Part shown: positions 12,677 through 26,175 of the stretch, in pieces
Numbering within the stretch: the first letter of the stretch is position 1
Layout: every line of letters starts with the position of its first letter
Source of the DNA: Kudoa neothunni
Lineage: Eukaryota; Animalia; Cnidaria
DNA length: 64,000 nt
Assembly (NCBI GenBank): GCA_964304625.1
Contig: OZ199838.1
Coordinates: 16,599,469-16,663,468, forward strand
Direction: 5' to 3'
Notes under the pieces: generated by a model
Seen by the model: the letters and a program-made list of their open reading frames with translations, nothing else
Databases searched by the model: none
Told to the model about the DNA's origin: nothing
Program-made: the position numbers and the translations under genes

Positions 12677-15600
12677 ATGTTGGATCATAAATTCCGACTA
12701 GTGGAATACATTGCCACAATTGGTATAGAAGAAAATTCCTTTGAAAATATAAAAAAAACAAATGGAGATTTGTCGCCTCTAGCCAAGGTTCAGCTTGAGG
12801 GTTGTGTTTTGAGCCGGTTTCCGTTGGAAGATCATCCAGATTTTCCCTTCTCATCTGGCATAGTCAATGTAAATTTATTTGGTCTTGCAACTCATATCGA
12901 AAATGTTTTCGCTGGTAGTTTTGTCTTCCAAACGGTTGGTACATTGAAACCCAGCCCAAAAGACCATTATTCTATTCGGTTGTGCTAACCGATGTCGATG
13001 GAGTGTATAGTTATGCGGCGTACATCGTGTGGAATCAGTTTATTCAAAAATGTGATAATGATGGTAATTTTGAAGTTGTTTTCCGCCAACCAACTAAAAT
13101 GATTGTTGTTTTATTGAAATAGGTATCGCAACCGATATCTATGCGCCAAAATGTATATGTGTTGTGTCAAAACTTCCATATTTTGATATATTCAAGGTAA
13201 AAACATGGTTGAAAAGCTAACCACAAATACAACATGATTTCTATTTGCTCATTTATATGTCGATTAGGAATGTTTGATGACAATATTTGACGGGTTATGG
13301 GAACGAAATGAGCTGAAAAATTCCAATGATAAATATTTGGCCGAGAAAGTGGTGAGTGCGTTGATTAGCTCACCGCAAATTTTCGAACCAGGAGTTGAAC
13401 CTTATCCACTTTCGTTGTACGACAAATTTTTCGTTAATGTACAGCCCCCATTAACCACACAGTTCAACACAACTGGTGATGATGTGTTCTTTTTGGCTAA
13501 ACATTTGGGTAAATAGTATCAAAGATTGTTCATTTTTTTATATCGGCATGTTTTTAATAGGTGCTCACAATTTGATACGTTTATACAATGTGTTGTTGTT
13601 GGACAACAAAATACTATTTGTATCATCGAGTTATAACTTTCTTTTTAAAGCTTGCAATGGATTAGTTTCATTGTTATACCCATTAAAATTTAAGTAGTTT
13701 AATTGCTCGATAACACAAGTATTAATTATGCTATTGAAGTTATGTTTATATACCATTACTTCCAAAATCGTTAACTGATATTGTCAATGCACCCACACCA
13801 TTTATGATTGGTATGCATGCGTCGTCGTTTATAAGCTTTTGCGCCGGATCCTTAGGAGTAATTTCGATTTTTTTTTAATTTTGTCGAGTTAATTTTATAT
13901 GTAGAATGATGTGGTTGTGGTTAATTTGGACGTTGGGAGCGTTAAAATTAATTCTGATCATCATGTTCCATGCTTTTCTGATACATTGACGAGTTTCCTT
14001 GAGGTTGGACTGTCAAATATTCTCTTCCCCGAGCTCAACACACCCGACGAATTGTTCTGTAAACCGAAACAAATGAGTGATGAAGAAAACGTACTTTTCA
14101 CCTCAAAGCTATCTATTTACATTAAAAATTATATTAATTTGTGGTTAGGATAAGAAAATTAGGGCCTACTTTTTAATACTATTGGTGCAAATCTTCGAAG
14201 GCTACCTGTCCTGCACCAACGTTGTGCGAGTCCATCCAAAGATATTGATCAAATTCCAAAAAGTTTATATTGATTTTCGGCGCTGGATCATAATCTAATT
14301 TATTTTTATTGGGTGATTAGGATCAGTTTCTATTTAGAAGGGACCTTTGCGACTGCCCTTTCACCACTAAAGTTTGATCCAAACATTTCTGAAATGGAAT
14401 ATTCATCGCATTTGTTATGTAGTTCCTTGATACTATGATATTCAATCAGTTTATCTCTGAACGAGGAGTTCCTTACCGAAAATGTGACATTTTTGACGAT
14501 GTATGTTTCCATACTTTACTTTTCGATGAATGGTTATTAATATACTGCTTTTGTTAATAACAACTAATTCGATAATTGTTAAGTTATCTTCTTATTAAAA
14601 AAATAGTATAATTATAATTATACAATTGGATTGTCTTCTTATTAAATAAATTATGAAATTATACAATTGAATTGTTGTCTTCTTATTAAATAAATTATGA
14701 AATTATACAATTGGATTGTTGTCTTCTTATTAAATAAATTATGAAATTATACAATTGGATTGTTGTCTTCTTATTAAATAAATTATGAAATTATACAATT
14801 GAATTGTTGTCTTCTTATTAAATAAATTATGAAATTATACAATTGAATTGTTGTCTTCTTATTAAATAAATTATGAAATTATACAATTGGATTGTTGTCT
14901 TCTTATTAAATAAATTATGAAATTATACAATTGAATTGTTGTCTTCTTATTAAATAAATTATGAAATTATACAATTGGATTGTTGTCTTCTTATTAAATA
15001 AATTATGAAATTATACAATTGAATTGTTGTCTTCTTATTAAATAAATTATGAAATTATACAATTGAATTGTTGTCTTCTTATTAAATAAATTATGAAATT
15101 ATACAATTGGATTGTTGTCTTCTTATTAAATAAATTATGAAATTATACAATTGAATTGTTGTCTTCTTATTAAATAAATTATGAAATTATACAATTGAAT
15201 TGTTGTCTTCTTATTAAATAAATTATGAAATTAATGAAGTGGCTATTGGCAACATAAATAATATTCAGGTGGCACTAGTTTCGACTTATATTTAATTATT
15301 TCTGTCCTACCATTTCGCCCTTAGGAGCCAGAAATAATTATATATAGCAGATTCTAAAAAATAAAATCCGTAAACAGTTTGTAAGCAAGGGTTTCTGAGA
15401 TTAAAAATCTTAATCGCGCGTGCGTACATGCAATTTAGAATTAGATTTTACCGTGCCAATAGTCTCTGCTTTAAATTAATGATTTAATTATGTAATTGAA
15501 TTGTTGTCTTCCTATTAAATGAATGGTTTAATTATTCCATTGTTTATAAAGTAGTTGTTTAATGACTGTTGATATTTTGGCGCTGAAATTTAAATCTTAT

Positions 15601-18600
15601 ATATGTGCAAGGCGCGTGTCAAATCTTTTTCGAATGTAAGTTTTAATGTAGTAGGTGAATTCAAATGTGTTTTCTTTTGTATTACAATTTATTTTTCGTT
15701 AATATTAACTGCAACACCGGTTTTTGGTGGAATATTAATGATTAAATTGAGATTATGCTTTTTGTATTATTTCCATAACAACAGTCATTATATTATCTAA
15801 TTAATTAATGATTAAACTATTTTCTAATTAGTGTTTTTTAAATTTTTATTTAATTAGTTATTTTTAAAATACTTAATTAAGTATAATTTTCTATTTTTAA
15901 ACTATTTTTTTGTAGTTAATGATGCGTTACAACAATGAGGTGGCGGAAAAAAAAGAACTCGTATGCTTGACTACGTTTATCAACACAGCCTGGTCGACTT
16001 TTATGGAAAATGTAAGGCTGTTTGGTGAATCTGGATGAATCGTGATCAATTTTCAAATTTACTCTATAGGAGAGAGTGGATGATGAATGCAGGAGACAGC
16101 GCTCGTTTCTTCCGGAAAATCGGATTATTTGATGAGATTAATTTCACAACAATTAATATAAGGGATATTGAAGCTGACAAAGGTCAAATTCACCTCCAAT
16201 AAACCAAACCCTGCCAGTTTGGCTTATTCCTCAAAATCTCTAGCTAAAATGGCTAGATCCCCTTCTTTCGTACCATTGGACATCAATTCGTATCGATTTG
16301 GATTGACATTTTCTATTTCATCCATTGATTCCAAAATCATCAAGGAATTTGTAAAATACATTTTCGAAGGTGAAACTCCTCGAGCTCTGCAGGTATTTTT
16401 CGGATTCGGATCGTAATTAATACGCATGTTTTTAATTGCCGTGTAATTTTGTAATTAATAGAAATCTCTTGTTCGCTAAAAACCTAATTAATTTGATTGT
16501 TTTATCAACAAGTTTAATTAATTTATTGAATACATGAGTTATTAGTGCTCAATATTCAAATAAGAAACGCATGTTCGAGTAATTATTGGATTAATTAATA
16601 TATATACATATATATTGAATTTGGGTTAGAAAATCATTTTCATTGAATATGATAATATTGGTGGCTATTTTTTGAACAATAATATGTAGGTAGGTATATT
16701 TAATTGTGCGCAAAGGTTATTTGCATGGGAAGTTTTAAGGCATTGATTATTGACAAGGATATTTTAAACCCTAAAAAATATTCACGCTTGCGCCGTATCT
16801 ATTTTTTAGAATCTGCGATATTAAATTATTCCTTATCTCTAAGAGTGAAGCGACGAGCCAGAAATAATTTACTACACTCAAGTGGATATTTTTATCTGTG
16901 TCAATATCCACGTTCTAATGTAAAATTCAAATAAGGCACGCGTGCGCGAAAATGATATTTTTTAATCCAGCTATTATAACTTAGAATCTGTTATATTTAA
17001 TTATTTAACATGTAAATAACCACTTTCTGAGTTGTGCTTATTGTCGATGAGTACCGCAAATCTTCGAAAATAAACCCTATTCGTATTTACTTTTATTATA
17101 TAATTAAGAATTGGTAAATTAATAGCAAATACGTTTTTCATTCGTTAAATGTGTGAATGCCAATATAATTATAGCTATGATAACTGGAGATTATAATCAT
17201 AATCGCGCCTGCGCAATTACATACACATACCATTATAGACAACCTTCCAAAGTTCAACTAAAACTCACACCTTATTTGAATATTAATATATTTGAATATT
17301 TATTTTATATCGCTTTTAACCTTTAAAATATTTAATAAGTGTTAAATTTTAAAAATTTAAATGTAAACTAAGGATAATTAATTCCAATCGAAAGTTTAAT
17401 TATTAATTGTATTTCAATCATATGTTTGATTATTGAAAATTTAAATTAGATTTAATGCTGAATAAAATTATTAAATAATATATTATTTTAATTATGCAAT
17501 TAAGATTGTTTCCAATGTTATCTATTTAAATTACAAAATTACCAATAAATAATGATTTGACTAGTGTATTATCAGTATCAGTTCGCCATGAAAAAATTAA
17601 GAAAATAGATTAACCTTGTCTGTTTGAGGTTAACTAAACGAAAGGGCCACTGAATTATTTTTAAAAAATCCCCCGAATTGAGGAATTTGAGCGATTTGAG
17701 CGATTCAAGTGACTTGTGACATGGTTGGTTATCCCACCAAAATTTATAAAAAATTGATTTAATAATGTATTTTTGTCTGGTCATAGCAACAGCCTAAATA
17801 AATAACAACCAATAATTTCTCATATAATTAGCTACCTTAAGTGTCTTACAGAAATAGTTAGTATCAGTTTAATTTGACATAATACATGAGTTTACTTTTA
17901 ATGTGCATCATCCACAAATTAAAATTATATTATTACGAAAATAGTATCTAACCTATCGTTATCGTGCTTATCTTGTACAATCTATCGGCAAAATATACCG
18001 CTTGTTAATAACTAACTATTTCTAAGACAATTACATCTGATCTATTCGACAATATATATAATTAATGGTTCTCTGTTAAAAAACTACCTTTTTCGTCACG
18101 AAATTCTCATGCTTACTTGATCATATGTATAGATGATCAAAAAAGTGCAATCGCTAGGATGCAAACCAGGAATACGTGTTCTGTTATGCAACGAGTTGAA
18201 CTTGAAAGTCAAACAAAATTATTATCTTCTTGACTGTGAACAATTTCGAATTCTCAGTGATGTCATCAATTCTTATTTGAACGTAATTTTCGTGTACTCT
18301 TCGAGTGTTACAATTTTCGCTGTTGTTTAGAACGAAAATAACGACTATTGTTTTACTATGTCATCATTGATGGTAGAAATGGCTAACATTTTCTTCAAGA
18401 AAAGCAAAGATAATATGGTCTACATTTTCACCCAACTTCATAATCATAGGGCTTGGGGATTTCTTCCTTTTTGGGAGAGTCTTTTCTATGTAAGTGCTCA
18501 AACTCAACTCAACAATCTCTATCTAAACGACAAAACCTTGGCGTCGATGCAACCTACTTTCGACAAAGAGAAATACGCTACTTATTTCCTCAACGAACGC

Positions 18601-21600
18601 GTTGATAAGTGCGATGATGAACAAACTATTCAGCCTAATGAAACTGCCGAGGAGACCGTTTTCCACCCCAGTTACCATGATGTTTCCAGGACTACTCCTG
18701 TCATAGTAGATCAGCTTATCAACGCGGAATCATTGGGTGGGGAGCAGCTGGAGATAGTTGAGAAGCTGGAGGATGATATTCTTTTCTCAACTATAAGTTT
18801 GTTCATTTCGCAGATTCTCTACATGAATATGCAGATGAAAGAAGCTTCAAAGTATCTTCGAAGTATCCAAACAACGAACAAATTGGATAATTCTGATCGT
18901 GCACCTGCCGCTAGTGGCCTATCTCCCGCCTCAGATTATTCATATAAAAGCTTAAATCGTAGCGATACAGTACCACGCAATGGTAGCGCATTAACCAGTT
19001 ACACCTCGATTTGTGAGTTGATCCAAAGATTTATTGCGAATGTTTTTTGTCACATTGGATTTTAAATTTGAATCCTCCTCTCAAATTAATGCACGCATGT
19101 TGGAAATTATGAAATTTCATTGTGAAGCATTAGACCGTATCTATAACGAAAAAGAAACCCACCTCAAGGACATTACCGAGATTGTAAAGGCACCACTAAA
19201 AATTCCGGGGGAAATAGTGAGCACCATGTTTGCTTGTGTGTTGTTTCCTGAAGGTTCCGTGAATTTAATCAACCTACCGAGTTGTAACTCACCAGCTATT
19301 CTTCCCGCAGTAGGTATTGTATTTGCCACTCAATACCGCCTTTATTTCTTTGGTTATCCAATCAATCGGTACACTGCTAACTGCGTAGTAACCAGAAGCA
19401 TCCCTTTCGGACAGATTAGGTCTAGCAAAGCGGCTGAATCAGGGTATTTCCCAGGCATCTACCAACGAATAGTAACTGTAAGTCAGATGATACTGATTCA
19501 GTTAAAAACCGGAGGTCGCGTTATATTTGGATTGTTGCCGGAAAATGGCGCCGAAAAAAATGATCTATTCTCGAAAATACTGTCGAAACGTTACTCCCGA
19601 TTGTTGGCTAAACTAAGTCAAAGCGAGATGGTTGCCACAGCTGAAGGCATTGCTGAATCGACAGGTGCTGCAGCTGGTGCAATTGACACCTCTGATAAAA
19701 CTGATAGCTTTCAAATGAGTCTGAGCTCACATATGATTCCTTCTCGTAAAGATTCTGTGGTTTCGACAGTGGATTTTGATACAATTAGTGTCCTCGAGGG
19801 TGAGATGCTTTCAAAAAAGGGATCAAAAGTGAACCTTTTCAAAACAGCATGAAAATGAAATTCAAAGGCTTAAAACAGACTGCTACCAAAAAACTAAAAG
19901 CAGCTGCCAATTTTGAAACAGGAGTGGGATCTTTAACATCAAAATCTAAGCTGAAGGGTAAACAGAAGGTGTTAACCGCAGATTTTAAAATGTTTTACGA
20001 GCAATTGTTTGGTGTTGACACCGCTGCAACTGAAGAATCAGTTACTAATAAGATGGCTGAGAGATCACTCTATCTAGCCGACTATGGCCAAAGAATGCGA
20101 TTATTAATTTTTAATGTCACTCTCTCGAGCAATTTGTTCTCCAAAACTGATTGGCGACTAACACTGATGAATGCTAACAAAACAATACCCACACTACCAA
20201 CAGTTTTCCCTGTGTGTTTTCAAATTACTGACGAAATCATTTTGAGGCTGAGTAAACTTTTCAAATCTAAACGTGTTCCTGTCCTCACATGGACTCGAGC
20301 CGTCCCAGCTCCTTCAGCAGCAAACGCATCACCAAACAGATTTGCATATTACCCCCGGTGCACTTCTTCGTTGTGGCTCTGTGTTGAAATCATTGAACGT
20401 TTTCAGTTTAAAAGCTGCTAATCTGGCCACTAATACTAAAGCCGCTTCCGGTAGCGTTCTAAGTGAACTTGACAACTATTTTATCACTATAGGTATGCAT
20501 TTTCACCAATATGAATGCCTTATCGATGATGCACACAATCGATATTTAAATCGATTGGTAGTCACTGGGTATTATCGTTTCCCTGGTTGATATTTGTGTT
20601 TTTAGCTGGTATATCTTCCAAAGTGAAAGTCATGCAAACTCACAAACCCAATAAAACGCCTGTTGACTCCAATGACACCTCCGGATCCGACGAAATGTAT
20701 TTGGATCTTCTTGATCGTCTTCGAAGACCGCACATGCTGTTTCTAACTGACACCCAAGAAGCATACGATGTGAATGATGTTTCGTGCTTTTTTAGCGATT
20801 TGTATATTTTTGGTGACAAATCATTCAACAAAGTATTTCAGCTTCCACTCTTTGTATCGCTGTCACGCATCGCTATTTTAGGGTGTAAGTGATGACAAAA
20901 AACTAACCGTTTTCAATGTGGATGTAATTACGTTCATAAATGGTGGTGTGATTGTAGTTCTGGGTTTAGATGCCAGATGCGAGTCAACTAGAATCTGCAT
21001 TCTTAAAGCTCACCAAAAGTCTCTCCCCTAACAAACCCGAAGATGTCACTCAATCTTCGTACATGTCCCTTATCTCTAAATCCAGATGGTTCATTTATGT
21101 GAGAGTGTTGTTTTTAATATTTTTGAGTAATTTTGGTTACCAGATCAAAAAGGTTATCGAGTTGTCCGCCAATATGGCTTTTCCATTGACTATGGTGAAG
21201 CTTTCTCAATTGCTGGCTTTGGAGATGGTTCTGAAACCTCTGCACAAGTAAATTACACTGTTTTGCAATAGATCAGCTTAAATCTGATTTATGGATCATT
21301 ATTAATTTGCACCAACTTTTAAATTATTTATTTTCATTCTGTTGTTAAAATAATCATTTATTTTTTGAATTATATTTACTTTAATAATCATTCTAATTCC
21401 TAATTCAATTTTCTCTCCCCTTCGTGGAAATACATTCTTCGATCTTAATTGATGTTCGAATGATTTATAATAGTCAATTATATTGTTCGATAAAATTTTT
21501 ACTTCTTCGTTAACTTTTTTTATTAATGATAATGTTAAAATATCCATAAACTTTTCAAATTTTTATGAAATTTAAATTATTTTATTCTTCATTAATAATT

Positions 21601-24179
21601 TTTATTTTCCATTATATTCTATTGTTTTTCATTTTTATTATAAAGTTAAATTATTCAATTTTTAGTTGAATATTCCCATTTATCGATTATTTTTTTATTT
21701 GTTCGATAAATATTTTATGTTGGAGTGATTTATTTCATTAAAACAGATTTTTTTGTCAATTATCTCTGCTACTCTTGATGATTTTGGATATATATAACGC
21801 TATTTATTTATTTAATTAATTAATTATTAGGTTAGTTCGTTGGTTCAAATTCTGTTGGATCCATATTACAGAACCATTGATGGATTCCAAACTTTAGTGG
21901 AGAAGGAATGGTTGGCTTTTAAATACAATTTCGTCCTGCGTAACGGTATAACCAACACCTCACAGTCTGTGTTCTATCCGATTTTCCTTCAATTTCTGGA
22001 TTGTGTCCATCAAGTAATTAAGAAAAGTTTTTTGGTTGGATATCATTTTATCAATTATTCATTGTGATAGCTGCTGATTCAATTCCCCAGTGCTTTCGAG
22101 TTTAATGACTACTTTCTCAAATTTCTCGCATATCATCATCTTTCCAACAAATTCAGCACTTTCCTTACTTGCTCTACAGATTCTTTTACAACCGAAGCGC
22201 AGGACGACGCTTCAGATATTTCGGCCGATTTATTCTCTGCCAAGTCGTCCGTGGAACAGCTTCCTATTAATAACACATTAAAGTCACTTGACCAAACGGA
22301 TGGAAACATAACTATCACAGAAGAGCCCCCCATAGAAACATCAGAGCCTGTTGAAGCTGTAGTGAAGGAGGAAGAAACTGAAACCAATGTCGTTAATGAT
22401 AATGAGGGTGATTATGAAATTTCGACGAACGTTACACCTTCTATCGTTACTGGACGATCATCTGCGTGTTCGTTTTCTGGCGATGATGAATTCTTCCAAA
22501 AAGAAACCATATGGGGTTATATCAATCGATATCGTGAAAAACTACCCATATTCTACAACACCGAGTACGTTCAAGGCATGTATTCAGTGTTGTATCCCAG
22601 TTACCACTTGGCTTCGATTGACCTGTGGGAGTATTATTATGAAGTTCCCGAATTATTGACTCCAAGCAATTATGAATTGGAATACATAGATACTAATTTG
22701 TTTATCGATTCTAACGCAGTCTTTCCTTACGAACGTTCCTGTTCCAAAAATGTCACTACCTTAGATGATAAACTTTCTGACAATGGTGAGGCTCTCTCCT
22801 TTTCCTCGGATGAGAACAAGGATGCTCCTGTAAAAAATTTCACTTTCTATAGTGGTGCTTCGTATCTTGGTATGGTTTATTGCTTATTGATTGGTTGGTT
22901 ATTTACGTAGGATGAATTATTCGTAGGTTACGTTATTAATAGCTCACTTGTTGTCGATCGTTTCAATCACACCATAAACACTTACCTAAACGCTTATCCA
23001 GAAGGAGCTAAGCTTAACTCAATCATTAATTTTGCTAATATATATGCATCCGATAAGCTGCCTCGAATGGTCAATGTGGGTACCAGCGAGGAACGTAAGA
23101 TCTTTGAGTTGATGTATTGCAACTACTTTTCGATCATCTGTGTTAAACGATTCTTTATATCGTTGGTTTCCAAGGTAACTATGTTATATTCTCTAGAATA
23201 ATTATTAATACGTGTGTTTTTTGTACTAAGGATAAATCTTTCTACTCAAAAACTACACTAGCCGATTCGGACCACTACTTTACTCAAGTAACACATGACT
23301 TTGTTGAAGCACCACCCTCCGAACATCTACCTTGTATGTATTGCTCAAAGATTCTCTCTGGCAAATGTAACTGTATGCGCTTCCCTCATTTTCATGTTTT
23401 ATGTCTTTATTTTTGTTTTCCACATTACTAAATATGCCCTTTAAGATTATACCTGCCAAAAATGCAATCTAAACATTCACATTAAATGCTCCAAACAAAT
23501 CTCCCAAGTTTGTAGCATGGGAAGTGGTCGACTTACCAGCGTCACCAATCTTGATACATCTGATAGCCCCTCCAAGAATAAGTCTCGAGCGAAAAAGTAT
23601 CAAACATTGTTTCGCAACAAAGACAGAAATGCTAATAACAGTCTTTCTATTGAGGCTGATCATAAAGAAAGATCTGAAGTTTGTAGAAGGTCCTATATGT
23701 CAAAACCTTCGATTGATTCGTTTCACCGATGGTCCGCTATATCTTCCACATCTGAATCTGGCCAATTGACCTATTCTTCCAGTGGGTCTTCTAATCTTTA
23801 TCAAGGCTATCTCTATAGCGGGAAAGAACAATCGGCCAGTAACAAACAGTATTATGTTATCGACACTAAGGATCAAAAGTTGATGGTATATGATAAGAAA
23901 CCTTCCCTGCCAAATTCTGTTCTTCTTGATGAATATGAATTCAGTGATATTGAAAGATGTGTGGTTGTTGAGGCTGATTCTTATCAAAACCAAACTGAGT
24001 ATGGTGATATCAATCAAGATCGACCGCCCTCCTATTTGGGAGCAGACAGTCTACGATTGGGCAGCATCTATTTGGAGATCAAATTCAACTTCAGTGAACA
24101 ACCGCTACTCCTTCGAGATAAAACAGATGACAGCACACGAAGTTGGCACATTTCGTTATCCAAACAGATTCATAATTAG
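12677..24179 (+). CDS. SBF2: SET-binding factor / myotubularin-related pseudophosphatase (MTMR5/MTMR13): DENN-GRAM-myotubularin-C1-PH; multi-exon
   Basis: N-terminal [10 protein letters not shown]; DENN motifs [17 protein letters not shown] and APTPFMIG; myotubularin [19 protein letters not shown] and QFPSAFEFN; C1 [19 protein letters not shown]; C-terminal PH domain. Large introns at 14501-15915, 16393-18132 and 21248-21830. Four 1-nt homopolymer frameshifts. SBF1 versus SBF2 orthology cannot be resolved. Confidence 0.92.
14611..15233 (+). repeat. 44-bp minisatellite, ~14 copies, in an SBF intron
   Basis: Unit taaattatgaaattatacaattg(a/g)attgttgtcttcttattaaa; period 44 (14691 to 14735). Confidence 0.97.
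15238..15427 (+). repeat. Dispersed hairpin-bearing repeat family, copy A
   Basis: Similar to 34439-34612 (+), 16755-16913 (-) and 16937-17025 (-). Internal inverted repeat taattatttctg...cagaaataatta; ends in cgcgcgtgcg. Confidence 0.8.
16755..17025 (-). repeat. Dispersed repeat family, copies B and C (tandem; C internally deleted)
   Basis: Reverse complement shows gtggatattgacac...aattatttctgg...gcagattctaaaaaataa (B) and gtggttattt...cagattctaa...cgcgcacgcgtg (C). Confidence 0.7.
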
Positions 24180-25592
24180 TACTATTTTATATTTTAACTA
24201 CGCTAGTATATTGTTTTTTGATTCTTTCTTTTCTTCGTTGCTATCTTCAAATGAGTATATTGTTTAATGTTTTGGATCACTTATATTATTTCTTGTTACC
24301 ATTAAAAATTATAAGTTTAAGTTTGATTTGAGATGAGATGATTAATTTTCTGTACACGTTTCACAATCACCTAGGCGCACTTTAGTAATCATTCCATTTG
24401 ATCTTGTTTTCGCTTATGTCTACAGCAACTGTTTGGGGAAATGTTTTATTCGGTTTATTTAATTTATATTAAAATGATATAATTGGATATGTGAATTTAT
24501 TGTGTATCATCGTTAATAATTTTATAATTGATGAACAATTTTTAATATAAAGGTCTGAATTCCTTATGTTTAATTTTTATGCCAATAATTATATGCATTA
24601 CATGCACAGACCTTATTAAGGCTCATAGAACCGTATGAGGTATTTCGCTACCTCATTTTCGATATGTTGATAATGACCATTCTAAAAAATAGCTCACCAA
24701 AGCTGAGTATTTTTAGGCATGCATCTTAATTTTTTGTATTGAATATCTCATGAGAACTTTAGTTTTTTATTCAATATGGAATAAAAATCCACCGAGCCAA
24801 GAAACATCTCATACTACTACAGGTAGGTTTAGACAGATTATTTTTGATGAAGAGACAGTCCTTTCTCATTATGCGCTATTTTATTAGTAAAGAAGACATT
24901 TTTTTTTCGATTTATTTAATCGATATTTTTACAAAGTTTTCATTAATTTGAGAATAGTTCAATAACAAACTTATTGATTATCAACCATTACCGGACTTTT
25001 TATAATCAAAAACATTTTTATATTTTTGATTAAATCATATGATTTCATTCACTTTATGTTTGTTTTTGAACTAGGAAATTTTTGTGATAAAAAAAGGATA
25101 TATTTATTTTAAAGTTGAAAATTTATTAATATACATATTTAATTCTAACGCATTCCTCGATAATTTTTCAAAATAGTTTACGCTCATAAACGACTTTGTA
25201 TTGCAATTAATGATGGAAAAAAATTCAAAATATCAGTCTTAATTATAACAACATTTTAAATGTGTTTCTTAAATTTTTGATATATTTTTAGTCCGAATTC
25301 CTGTATTCTTTGAGCTTTAAGACTGAATTATTAAGAAGTGTAATTGTAACTTACCACTAGTAAAATTCTACTGTAAATATTACAATGTGAACTAAACCAT
25401 CGCGCCAAAAGCATCCATTTAAAGATTTCTCATAATGAAATTAACAACGATTCTATTTCTATTTTTTCGATATACAATTATTTTCTACTTTTTAAAATGT
25501 CGTTTTATAATCCTTCGATCATTAAAAAGCAAGAAAGAAAAATCCGACAACACTTAAGCACACACAATCATTCTGGCGCCATTGCTTTATAT

Positions 25593-26175
25593 CAGAGGTC
25601 GGGAACCTATGCCTTGCGAGCCAGATGTGGCTCTTTGGATGGTTGTGTCTGGTTCGCAGACAAATTTTCAATTTAAATCAATGCTTCATTAAACTTCTTT
25701 GCGAATATGGAAAGCGGTCACTACAGAAAACAGGTTACCCACTGTATCACACGCTGCAATATGTGAGTACTGCTGTAATGAACAATGTTTGGTTCTATGT
25801 GTGTATATGAGCAGTTTTCCTAATCTTAAAGACATGAAGACCAAACTACGGTTATTTTAGACGGATTGAAGTATCAGCGCCTGCATGAAGCTTAATCTTA
25901 TCATGTATCGGCTACACTTACAAAGTCATATACAAAACCAGAAGTCGCATTGATGATGAGAAATATTTTCCATTGATTAGCAAGAGCTTAACAATGCTAT
26001 TAAAAAGAATTTAATGATCTGTTTTACTTTAAAGTATTGGAATTATAAAACGCTCACTTGTACTTCTAATTTAGTTTTAAAACATGTTTTATGGCTCTCA
26101 TGGAATTAGTTTTTAAAAATTAAGTGGTCTTTGTGGTTGTTTCACGTTTCACCAAAAAAAGGTTCCCGACTCCCG
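25593..26175 (+). mobile_element. Non-autonomous hAT deletion derivative with both TIRs and an 8-bp TSD
   Basis: TIRs cagaggtcgggaacct / aggttcccgactcccg; TSD ctttatat / cttcatat (7/8 match); internal remnant of the hAT dimerisation domain (MFGS..EQ.F..ACMKLNL). Confidence 0.9.

Noticed and set aside
14611-15233. CRISPR-like regular repeat
   Set aside because: Head-to-tail units with no unique spacers, no cas genes, and a eukaryotic intron context.
19060-19065. Euplotes-style programmed +1 frameshift at TTT-TAA
   Set aside because: The other shifts are of mixed sign and mostly lack an adjacent stop codon, so homopolymer error is more parsimonious.
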